Shown: positions 51,903 through 60,296 of the stretch, piece after piece
Position numbering within the stretch: the stretch's first letter is position 1
Layout: each line of letters opens with the position of its first letter
Assembly: GCA_963770835.1 (NCBI GenBank)
Contig: CAVYRH010000002.1
Span: 64,001-128,000, forward strand
Direction: 5' to 3'
Length of the DNA stretch: 64,000 nucleotides
DNA from: an uncultured Pseudomonadota bacterium
GTDB lineage: Bacteria > Oederibacteriota > Muellerivitia > Muellerivitales > Muellerivitaceae
The notes under the pieces: model-generated
What the model was told of the DNA's origin: nothing
Database searches by the model: none
Seen by the model: only the letters and a program-made list of their open reading frames with translations
Made by a program: the position numbers and the translations under genes

Positions 51903-52604
51903 TTATTTGGTTCTGCAGGCTGTTTCGGCCATTTCTTCTTCGGCCATCTTCTTTCCGCAAGCCTCACAGGCGGGGTTGCGCTGGGGGACGATGGACCTTG
52001 CTTCCCTCTTCTGGATATCCACTTTCCAAAGCCGGAAAGGACCCCGGCCTTCGGCCAGCCGCAGGGCCTCATGGGCCTGGAGATAGCCGATGGCTTGCGA
52101 GAAGGAACCCAGGACCCCCGCTTCCTGGCAGGTGGGCATGGCAAAAGGCGGCGGTATTTGGGGGATAAGGCACCGCAGGCAGGCGGTTTTCCCCGGCAGC
52201 ACGGGCAATACTTGCCCCTCGAACTTGACCACCCCCGCGTGAACGTAAGGTTTCCCCAACTTGACGCACCAGTCGTTCAGGAAGAATTTTTTTTCGAGAC
52301 GGTCAAGGCCGTCAATCACAAGGTCATATTGGGAAAGGATTTTTTCCGCGTTGGAGGCGCCAAGCGCTTCCGGAATGAGGTTGGTGGCGGTCCGGGGATG
52401 GTGCTTTTTCAGGAAATCCGCGGCGGCCTCGGCCTTAGGCCTACCCAGGTCGCTTTCGGAGTAAAGGATCTGCCGGTGCAAGTTGGACAACTCGACTTTA
52501 TCGGGGTCCATGAGGCCGAGGGTTTCCACACCCGCTTCGGCCAGGACTAAAGAAGCGGGGCATCCCAAACCGCCCACCCCCACGATCAATATCTTTTTTT
52601 TCAT
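51903..52604 (-). CDS. ThiF/MoeB-family adenylyltransferase lacking the usual N-terminal segment
   Basis: GVGGLG, DPDKVELSNLHRQ, DGLD, CLRC, TCQEAG, CEAC motifs; ATG directly after a GAGG RBS and the upstream stop. Confidence 0.9.
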   Translation of the reverse strand: MKKKILIVGVGGLGCPASLVLAEAGVETLGLMDPDKVELSNLHRQILYSESDLGRPKAEAAADFLKKHHPRTATNLIPEALGASNAEKILSQYDLVIDGLDRLEKKFFLNDWCVKLGKPYVHAGVVKFEGQVLPVLPGKTACLRCLIPQIPPPFAMPTCQEAGVLGSFSQAIGYLQAHEALRLAEGRGPFRLWKVDIQKREARSIVPQRNPACEACGKKMAEEEMAETACRTK

Positions 52605-52611
52605 AAATTCC

Positions 52612-52800
52612 TCACAGCAATCCGATGACCATCATCACGGCTCCACTAGCCATCAGGGAAAAAGAAACAACCAAGAGTATCAAGTAAGGTAACGGCGTGC
52701 CCTTATCGTTCTGGGCCTTATACAGGCCAAAAAGCTGGGAGAATTGGTAGATTAAAAAACCCAAAATAACCAGGCAAAGTCCCGCTAAAAAGTTAGCCAT
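52612..52800 (-). CDS. Small two-TM membrane protein
   Basis: 62 aa, two hydrophobic helices, fills the gap in the operon. Confidence 0.6.
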   Translation of the reverse strand: MANFLAGLCLVILGFLIYQFSQLFGLYKAQNDKGTPLPYLILLVVSFSLMASGAVMMVIGLL

Positions 52801-52838
52801 TTAATATTTCCATACCTGTTTTTCCTTGGCTTTCCCCT

Positions 52839-54257
52839 TCAAGGGTCCGCCGTCTTTACGAGAACAAGCTTGTTGAGCGCCCTGCCATCCTTGGTATACA
52901 GGACCGTATATTGGCCTGTCGGCATTTCCCGCCCCGAATCATCCTTTCCATCCCACTCGACCCAATCATCCGGCTGGGCCACAACATGCTTTTCGAACAG
53001 ATTCCTCAAATGACTACCGGAAGCATCCACCACTTCCAGGCGGTAAACCCCGGGCCCATCCGCGAAGCTAATGTAAATATTAGCAGGCTGATTTTCGAAA
53101 ACAATGGTCTGGGCTTGGTTGGCGACGGGGGCGGGGGTCACCCCGGAGGTTGGAGTCGGCGTTGATGCCTTGGCCGCCACCGGCGGGGCCGCTTTCTCAA
53201 CCAGCTCCGCCCGGCTTGAAACCCCGAATTTAGGAATGGGAGTGGGCGTAGGTTTCTTGAATTTTCTCCGTATTTGGAAAGTCCTGGCCGGTACAGGAGA
53301 AATCGTAGGGGTCGGCGAAGGCCGAACTACCCCGATTGGAACAGAAGTAAAGGTGGGACTAGCTGTTGGTGGAAGAACTGGAGTCCAGGCGGGAGCGGGA
53401 CTTGGGATGGTAGTAGCGGTCGGCGTAAGGATCGGCTTCCAAGTATAAACCGGCTTTGGGATGGGCGTATCAATCGGAAAAGAAGTAAAAGTCGGCGTAG
53501 TCAAAACGGGTTGAGTTTTGGGAGTGGGTTTAGGCAACATCGCCCGAACTTCGGCCCTCGGTTTCTCTTGAGCCCAATTCTTTTCAGGCGCACAAAGCGG
53601 GTTGGGCCCGATGTTCAGGTAAAATTTCTGGCGGTAAAGGTGACGTTCACCCGGGTATTCGGCTTTTGGCGTCATGCCCGAAGCCGATAGAAATTGGATT
53701 TCCTGCCGGTTTTCCGGATCTGTAAGAAGCGCCACACCCGGAACCGTTGTGCCGATGGCATAAGGCGGGGGCCAATTCACGTCGTTAAAAGACATTCGAT
53801 GCCAATCTTCAGGTTCCCCCATCTCCCGGCCCGGAAGGTAATAGGACTTATGGTCCGTCCTATCGTTGCTGGATAAAGTTCGCTCCGTACCGTCCGAAAA
53901 ACGCAGTTTAAGAACATAGGCGATGCCGATTTGCCCCCTCAACGGGGGTTGGCTGTTGAAGGCATTGGCGTTTTCGATCGCCAAGATATTTTCATTTTGA
54001 AAATAGCAAAGATGTTTCGGGAGGCATTGGATGGTCTGGAACCCTTTAGATTCGGGTGTCGATGGCTGGCTTTCCCTTATCGGAATTCCATTGAGCCAAA
54101 TATCAGCCCAACCATCGACTGAAATGTAAAAGGTAGCCGACTTCAAATAAGGGGGGGCAACTTGGGCAATAGCCGCCGGGGAAAATCCCAGACCAACCGG
54201 TAGAAGAGTGAACAAAAAGGCTCTTTTCCTGAAAAAGCTCCAGTTGGGCGGGGTCAT
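52839..54257 (-). CDS. Secreted protein: beta-sandwich domain, long Pro/Thr linker, C-terminal FlgD-like Ig domain
   Basis: Signal peptide; ISVDGWADIWLNG..NILAIE; PT-rich region; WDGKDDSGREMPTGQY motif. Confidence 0.7.
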   Translation of the reverse strand: MTPPNWSFFRKRAFLFTLLPVGLGFSPAAIAQVAPPYLKSATFYISVDGWADIWLNGIPIRESQPSTPESKGFQTIQCLPKHLCYFQNENILAIENANAFNSQPPLRGQIGIAYVLKLRFSDGTERTLSSNDRTDHKSYYLPGREMGEPEDWHRMSFNDVNWPPPYAIGTTVPGVALLTDPENRQEIQFLSASGMTPKAEYPGERHLYRQKFYLNIGPNPLCAPEKNWAQEKPRAEVRAMLPKPTPKTQPVLTTPTFTSFPIDTPIPKPVYTWKPILTPTATTIPSPAPAWTPVLPPTASPTFTSVPIGVVRPSPTPTISPVPARTFQIRRKFKKPTPTPIPKFGVSSRAELVEKAAPPVAAKASTPTPTSGVTPAPVANQAQTIVFENQPANIYISFADGPGVYRLEVVDASGSHLRNLFEKHVVAQPDDWVEWDGKDDSGREMPTGQYTVLYTKDGRALNKLVLVKTADP

Positions 54258-54328
54258 GCCCTTATATATAACCCATTTTCCCCCGCTGTGGATGCTCCCG
54301 GTTTTTTAAGCGCGGGACGTTTCCGGTA

Positions 54329-55279
54329 TCAAGACCCCTGCAAGCGGCGCTGTTGGACGAAAAACGTCACCTCGGCCCCGAACAAGAGGATGGTCCAGGA
54401 AAGGTAGAACCAGACGAGGATCACGGGAATCATCCATAAAGCCCCGTAAACATGGCTTCGCTCAAAGACTTTCAACGCGTACAAATTCATCCCCCACCGG
54501 GCCGTTTGCAGCAGTACGGTCGCCACCAACCCGGTTAAGGCCGCCGCCCGGGGGTCCACCCGGGCGTTGGGTATCCAGACATAGATCCAAAAACAAGCGG
54601 CCCACAAAACCACAAAAGGAAGGGCGGTGGCGAAAAGCCAATGGTGGAAGGATGGGTGAAAAAGGTTCAAGCTTCCCGCCCAGCCTTTCACGGTTAGGAG
54701 CAATATCCCCAACAAGGGCAGGCCAATGAAAAAGGTCGCGTGCCGTACCATTTGGGCCATAATCCGGCGGGGTTTTTCCACCCCCCAAAGGTAATTGAAA
54801 GAATGCTCCACATCCCGCAGCAAAAGAAAAACAATCAAAAGAAAACCCAAAAAACCCACGAGGCCCACCTTCTGGGAAAAAAACGCGAACTTTCTCATGG
54901 AGATGCGGATTTGCTGTTTGCCCACTTGGTTCAACTGTTGGAGGTTTTGCGGTTCGGAAGGATCCAGTAACGAATTGTTGGATTGGGTCTGGACGGGATA
55001 AATAGCGTCGACGATCTGGTCGAGAAGCTGTTCCCTTTTTTGGGCGAAGGCGTCATTGGAGAGAACCGCCATGATGATGGCCAAAGCCGGCACCAGGGCC
55101 AGGATGGTTTTGAAGGCAAGGGAGCTGGCATAAAGGCGCTTGTGGCCCCGGCTGGGTTGGTTTCCATTGTTCAATACTTTGCCGCTGGCCCAAACGATGG
55201 CTTTCAGGTCCTCCCAAATCGCGATCGGACGTGGAGGCTGTTTTTGAAGCCGGTGATGACCGTGAAAATAATTGGCCAA
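54329..55279 (-). CDS. YihY/BrkB family membrane protein
   Basis: ASSLAFKTILALVP, FNYLW, Y..IPN, YGAL..IP..L.W.YLSW.ILLFGAE motifs. Confidence 0.88.
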   Translation of the reverse strand: MANYFHGHHRLQKQPPRPIAIWEDLKAIVWASGKVLNNGNQPSRGHKRLYASSLAFKTILALVPALAIIMAVLSNDAFAQKREQLLDQIVDAIYPVQTQSNNSLLDPSEPQNLQQLNQVGKQQIRISMRKFAFFSQKVGLVGFLGFLLIVFLLLRDVEHSFNYLWGVEKPRRIMAQMVRHATFFIGLPLLGILLLTVKGWAGSLNLFHPSFHHWLFATALPFVVLWAACFWIYVWIPNARVDPRAAALTGLVATVLLQTARWGMNLYALKVFERSHVYGALWMIPVILVWFYLSWTILLFGAEVTFFVQQRRLQGS

Positions 55280-55374
55280 GGATTTCCTTCACGAAAGGTA
55301 GAATGGCTCCATTGTAAGCGAAACCGGCTATGGGAATGTCCTGATTTACCCATCCCTGTGGTAAGGATTAAATT

Positions 55375-55986
55375 TTGGTAAACAAGAAAATACTGCCCTT
55401 AAAATATCAAACCCCGGCTGAATGGGGCGGGCAGGTTCTTCGGCAGCCCCTGGCCCTCCTTTCGGACCAGGCCTATTTGGAAAAGAAAGCCGCCAATAAC
55501 GCCCTGGAATTCCTGAACCTTTGGCCCGGCGCCAAGGCCCCTGCCCATTGGCTTTCTTCCGTGGCCGCCATCGCAAGCGATGAAACCGCCCACCTGAAAA
55601 TGGTTTTACGGCTTTTGGAAAAGAAGGGGGGCGCGCTTGAGGGGTCGCACAAAAACCCTTACGCGGTGGATTTGCACCGGTTGGTCCGGCGCGGCAAGGG
55701 AAAGCAGGATCTGGCGGACCGGCTTCTCATTTCCGCCCTCATTGAGGCACGGTCCTGCGAAAGATTTGAGAGATTGGTGGAAGCCTGCGGCGACGCCGAA
55801 CTATCGAAATTTTACGCGGGTTTGATCGAGTCCGAGAACGGTCATTACCGGCTTTTCGTGGAATTGGCCAAAAAGGTCCTGCCCCCGCGCGAAGCCGAAA
55901 CCCGGTGGGTCCAGTTGGTGGGACAAGAAGCCGAAATTATCCAGGCTCAGCCGCCCGGCCCAAGAATCCACAGTGGGATGGCCTAG
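55375..55986 (+). CDS. miaE: tRNA-(ms2io6A37) hydroxylase MiaE-like ferritin-fold protein
   Basis: EKKAA, DETAH, DRLLISALIEARSCERF, SENGHY and RIHS motifs. Confidence 0.85.
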   Translation: MVNKKILPLKYQTPAEWGGQVLRQPLALLSDQAYLEKKAANNALEFLNLWPGAKAPAHWLSSVAAIASDETAHLKMVLRLLEKKGGALEGSHKNPYAVDLHRLVRRGKGKQDLADRLLISALIEARSCERFERLVEACGDAELSKFYAGLIESENGHYRLFVELAKKVLPPREAETRWVQLVGQEAEIIQAQPPGPRIHSGMA

Positions 55987-56010
55987 TTCCAGGGCTTTTT
56001 CCCAGAAGAC

Positions 56011-56649
56011 TTACTTCGACGCCTCTTCCAGGGCTTTGACAAAGGTTTCAACGCTTTGGGCCCCTGAAACCGCGAACTTATGGTTAAAGACGAAAAAAGG
56101 CACGCCGTTGACCCCCAAGTCATAGGCCTTTTCTTCCGCTTCGCGGACCTCTTCCTCGCCTTCACGTCCGGCTAGGAGTTTTTCCACCTTTGTCTTGTCC
56201 AATCCGGCCGCACCCGCCAATTCCGTTAAGGCCTTTTTATCCCCGAGGTCCTTTCCCTCGGTGAAATAGGCCTTAAAAAAGACGTTTTGGGCCTCATTTC
56301 CCTTTCCTTCTTTCTCGGCCAGCCATAGCACCCGATGCGCGTTAAAGGTATTGGGCGTCCTTTCAATGGAGTCGAACTGGTAATCAATTCCCACTTCCTT
56401 TCCAAGGGCCGTCAGCCGGGCGTGAGCCTCGTCCAGCACATGCGTTCCCCCGAATTTAGCCGCCAGGTGGGCTTTGTGATCCAGGCCTCCCTCGGGGGTG
56501 GCCGGATTCAACTCGTAAGGCAAAAACCGCACTTGGGCCTGTGCGCTTTTACCCCCAACCTCCAAGGCCGCCTCCAAGCGTTTTTTCCCCAGGTAACACC
56601 AAGGGCAAATAACGTCGGAATAAATTTCGATTTTAAGAGGCTCCATCTT
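56011..56649 (-). CDS. DsbA family oxidoreductase (FrnE-like)
   Basis: SDVICPWCYLG, PYELNP, NTFNAHR, GVPFFV, SGAQ motifs. Confidence 0.92.
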   Translation of the reverse strand, partial: KMEPLKIEIYSDVICPWCYLGKKRLEAALEVGGKSAQAQVRFLPYELNPATPEGGLDHKAHLAAKFGGTHVLDEAHARLTALGKEVGIDYQFDSIERTPNTFNAHRVLWLAEKEGKGNEAQNVFFKAYFTEGKDLGDKKALTELAGAAGLDKTKVEKLLAGREGEEEVREAEEKAYDLGVNGVPFFVFNHKFAVSGAQSVETFVKALEEASK

Positions 56650-56849
56650 CACTCCTTGATATCCAGTTTTTTAAAATAAGCATTTGATAGCCGCATGACA
56701 AGTTAAACACATCAAAATCAATCCCCCCAACTCAAAAACACGGACTTTTAATTGGCAACCGATTCACCATTTTAAATTTTTAAACTTCTGGTCGAACCAA
56801 GTTGGTTTAATTCACGGGGGCAAGACAGGCGGGGTAAAGATTTCTTCGC

Positions 56850-57410
56850 AAAAACTACGAGTAGTGAGTGGTAAAAATTCTAAATTAACCCTAAGTTAAA
56901 TTTATGAACAGCCACGCGATCATAAAGCAATTCGGGTCGAATGTCCGAAAACTAAGGTTGAAAAGGCGCTGGACCCAGGAACATCTGGCCCAACACGCGG
57001 GGTTGACCCCCAACTACATCGGTTTTGTCGAAAGAGGGGAAAGGAACATCACCCTCAAAAACGCCGTCAAAATCGCAAGGGGCCTCAACTACCCGGTCCA
57101 CAAGTTATTCGACGGAATTTTACAGTCGATAAAGTAGCGCTTTGACGGTTCTCCCGCCCCGGTGCCCGGATGGATCATTTTTTCATCCCCTTGTAAACAA
57201 CCCTTTCAACGGGCCAGTTTTTTTCCCGAAGGCATCGCCGGAATGCCTGGGCCGAATCCTCCGCTTTGACTTCATAAATTTCTTCCATCCCCATGAGTTG
57301 GAAAATAAATATCTGTGGGTCTTCTGGCACTTTTCCTCCCAGGATTTTTCACAAGGGGGGTTAATGTGCATGAACCGGAACTCATTGACCACTCACTACT
57401 CGTAGTTTTT
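56850..57410. repeat. Perfect 23-bp inverted repeat pair flanking an XRE gene
   Basis: AAAAACTACGAGTAGTGAGTGGT (56850-56872) and ACCACTCACTACTCGTAGTTTTT (57388-57410). Confidence 0.85.
56904..57137 (+). CDS. XRE-family HTH regulator (controller C-protein-like)
   Basis: FGSNVRKLR...WTQE.LA..AGL...YIG.VERGERNITL motif. Confidence 0.9.
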   Translation: MNSHAIIKQFGSNVRKLRLKRRWTQEHLAQHAGLTPNYIGFVERGERNITLKNAVKIARGLNYPVHKLFDGILQSIK

Positions 57411-57493
57411 AACGGGTAATACCGAATAATGCCGACGGGGAAACAGGAATGAATCCGAGTTATTTTTAGGTCTTCAACCATTATGATGGCGCC

Positions 57494-57898
57494 ATGAAGG
57501 TGATAAAACTCCAGACTGACCGGCGGGAACAAATCCTGGACATCACAGGGCCTATCCAGGATTTCGTTGATAAAAACGGCTCTTCATCAGGCTTATTGGC
57601 GGTTTTTTGCCCCCACACCACCGCGGCCGTCTCCATCAATGAAAACGCCGATCCGGACGTGAAAAGGGATATTCTTTACCATCTCAAGAAAACCATTCCC
57701 CAATCCCCGGATTTCAAGCATTTTGAGGACAATGCGGACGCCCACATCAAATCAGTATTAACGGGCTTTTCGTTGGTTTTAATCGTGGAAAAAGGACGAA
57801 TCCAGCTGGGCCGTTGGCAGGGAATCTATTTTTGCGAGTTCGACGGGCCTAAAGAGCGGGAAATATGGCTTAAATGGATTCCGGATACGGGCGCTTAA
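57494..57898 (+). CDS. yjbQ: YjbQ/UPF0047 family protein
   Basis: PHTTAAV.INENADPDV, NADAHIKS, LGRWQGIYFCEFDGP motifs. Confidence 0.92.
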   Translation: MKVIKLQTDRREQILDITGPIQDFVDKNGSSSGLLAVFCPHTTAAVSINENADPDVKRDILYHLKKTIPQSPDFKHFEDNADAHIKSVLTGFSLVLIVEKGRIQLGRWQGIYFCEFDGPKEREIWLKWIPDTGA

Positions 57899-57913
57899 AA
57901 AACTGAAATCTCC

Positions 57914-58873
57914 TTAGACGGCATCCGAATGCCCGTCCCGCTCGAATTCCTCTTCCAGGCTGAAATATCTCTCACCCATGTCACAGCAAATGGTGGCCAC
58001 GCGGGCGTCGGGGCCCAACTTCTTGGCGATTTTAACGGCGGCCGCCACATTGGCCCCGGAAGAAATTCCCAAAAGCAGCCCTTCTTCGCGAGCCAAGCGC
58101 TTGGTCATGCGGTAGGCTTCCTGATCCTCAACGGTGATGATTTCATCCACAACCGACCGGTTGAAGACCGACGGCACGAAGCCGGCGCCGATTCCCTGGA
58201 TCCGGTGGGTTCCGGCTTTTCCGCCCGAAATCACCGCCGAGGCCGCCGGTTCCACGCCCACGATTTTGATTTTGGGGTTTTTCGCCTTGAAGTATTCCCC
58301 CACTCCCGTGATGGTCCCACCCGTCCCGATACCCGCCACGAAAGCATCCAGCCTCCCCTGGGTATCCTTGTCAATCTCGGGCGCCGTCGTCTTTTTATGG
58401 GCTTCCGGATTGGCCCGGTTGGCGAATTGCTCCGGCATGAAATACTCCGGGTGTTGTTCCTTGATTTCCTTGGCCTTGCGGACAGCTTCAGTCATTAACC
58501 CTTTCGCCGAGGTTAAAACCAATTCCGCCCCATAAGCCTTTAATAGCACCCGCCGTTCCTGGCTCATATCCTCCGGCATGACCAGGATGAGCTTATAGCC
58601 CCTCTGGGCACAGACCAGGGCAAGGCCGATGCCCGTATTGCCGCTGGTGGGTTCCACCAGGGTGCCACCGGGTTTTAAGATTCCCCGCTGTTCCGCGCCC
58701 TCGATCATGGCCAATGCGATCCGGTCCTTGACGCTGCCACCCGGATTGTAAAACTCCAGTTTGCAAAGGATCTGGGCCCCACCCTTTTCCGGGATGCGCT
58801 GGAGCCTCAAAAGGGGCGTCTGACCGATGAGGTGCGTGATATTGGTGGCCAAGGGGTAACGGTTATAAGTCAT
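57914..58873 (-). CDS. cysK: Cysteine synthase (O-acetylserine sulfhydrylase family)
   Basis: IGQTPL, NPGGSVKDR, EPTSGNTG, QFAN, GTGGT, IQGIGAG, GISSGA motifs; start at ATG 58873. Confidence 0.92.
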   Translation of the reverse strand: MTYNRYPLATNITHLIGQTPLLRLQRIPEKGGAQILCKLEFYNPGGSVKDRIALAMIEGAEQRGILKPGGTLVEPTSGNTGIGLALVCAQRGYKLILVMPEDMSQERRVLLKAYGAELVLTSAKGLMTEAVRKAKEIKEQHPEYFMPEQFANRANPEAHKKTTAPEIDKDTQGRLDAFVAGIGTGGTITGVGEYFKAKNPKIKIVGVEPAASAVISGGKAGTHRIQGIGAGFVPSVFNRSVVDEIITVEDQEAYRMTKRLAREEGLLLGISSGANVAAAVKIAKKLGPDARVATICCDMGERYFSLEEEFERDGHSDAV

Positions 58874-59564
58874 GGGGTGACGGGAGCCCTTCTTCCAACA
58901 AGCGGGCCGGGCATTTATAAGTCGGCTGGACTTCATGGTGGAATGAACCTCCCATTTCCAGGGAAGTTATCCATACCTTCCCTTCGAGGGGTGAATTCCC
59001 GTTCAAAATCCACTGGAGCGCCTCGGAAGCGGCCATCGCCCCGATCATGCGTTGGAGGGAGGCCGTTCCCTTCGTGAAAGCTTTGGGGTTCATGACTTCA
59101 AAACATTCCAAACAGGGGCACTGCCCCCCTTCGATGGCGAACCGTCAGAAGGGCGAATCCGCTGCCCGCGGGCCAAGCAAATAAAGCGGGCCGGGCGTGG
59201 TGCCGGAGCCAACGGCTGAGACGCCGCCGGATTTCCTTGTTATCGTTTAAAACCAGAACGGCCGAAGTCTCGGGCAACTGTTCAAAATCCTCAGGCAAAA
59301 CGTCCACTTGAAGGCCGGGAAATTGGGAAGTCAGGGAAAAGGAATCGAAGTGCCCCAAGGGGATAACGAAAATCTTGGAAAGGCCGACCGAGGCCAGGGC
59401 AACGGCGGCGGATTGGAGGGCAACTCCCTCTCCCACCAATAAGGCCGAGGCTTTCGACCATTTCTTTTGGCCTTCCGGACCAACGGAAGGGAGGATGGCC
59501 TGGCGTGAAAAGCGTTCATCGGATAACGGCCCCGGGCTTGCGGGGGGCGCGCGGAGGATGGCAT
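58863..59564 (-). CDS. Degenerate ThiF/MoeB-like protein lacking the ATP-binding motifs (frameshifted as given)
   Basis: ERFSRQAIL..VG.EGQ N-terminus; GEGVAL in place of GxGxxG; no SNLxRQ; CPCLEC and GAMAASEAL in the downstream frame. Confidence 0.7.
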
Positions 59565-59569
59565 GGAGG

Positions 59570-59814
59570 TTACTCGACGATGTCTTTGACGATCGGATTA
59601 ACATCGATGCCCTGTTTGGAAAGATTTCCAGGGCTTTCCTGATTTCTTTTTCCTCGCCCACGATTTCCATTTGGACATACCCGAAGCCCTTGGTGATGGA
59701 AGCCCGGCGGATATTAACGGTCATATCATGTTTTTTGATCATGCTGGACAGGACCGGTTCGGTGACGAGTTCGGTGGGATAATCCAATTCGACGAGTTTT
59801 TTAATAGCGGTCAC
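59570..59814 (-). CDS. NIL-domain protein (1-nt deletion near 59625)
   Basis: L.YP..LV.EPV.......VNIRRASI....G...EI.G pattern; restoring one base gives ALE.LSKQGIDVNPIVKDIVE-stop. Confidence 0.8.
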
Positions 59815-59850
59815 GAAATAGCTCCTTGTGGGACGTTCAAAAGGGCGGAT

Positions 59851-60134
59851 TTAAATTTGAATTCCGCCCGCGATGGCCGGCACGATGGAAACCTGGTCCC
59901 CGCCTTGACCGCGGTGGCTTCTCCTTGCAGGAAACGGATGTCTTCTTCGTTCAGATAGATATTCACGAACCGGCGGATTTTGCCGTTTTCATCGCAAAGC
60001 CGATCTTTCAGACCATTGTAATTTTTGCCCAGGTCGTTGATGAGATCGGACATGGTAGTGCCTTCGGCGTTCACTTCCGCTTGGTTGTTGGTGAGGTTTC
60101 GTAACGGGGTCGGGATGAGCACTTTCACTGCCAT
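59851..60134 (-). CDS. MoaD/ThiS/CysO-family ubiquitin-like sulfur carrier (1-nt deletion in a G-run near 59900)
   Basis: VKVLIPTPLR, RRFVNIYLNEEDIRF; restoring one G gives GDQVSIVPAIAGGIQI-stop; AGGAGG RBS. Confidence 0.88.
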
Positions 60135-60296
60135 GAAAATTCCTCCTGAAACGTAGGTTGAGGCTGAATTATGACCGAAGAAGCCCCTCTGTTTCCAGGG
60201 GAAAAGCGAAGGCCCGCCTAAGCGGCTGGGGTTGATTCTATGGCTTTCCCATCGGCAAAACCGTTGGAGACAAAATAGGCCGACTCATTTCTTGTT

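Noticed and set aside
53100..53540. DNA tandem repeat in the PT-rich linker
   Set aside because: Low complexity at the protein level only; codons vary and there is no exact repeat unit.
59098..59814. Apparent NIL-ThiF fusion protein (238 aa)
   Set aside because: Two compensating indels explain it; a natural NIL C-terminus with a stop at 59570 and a separate ATG at 59564 are recoverable.
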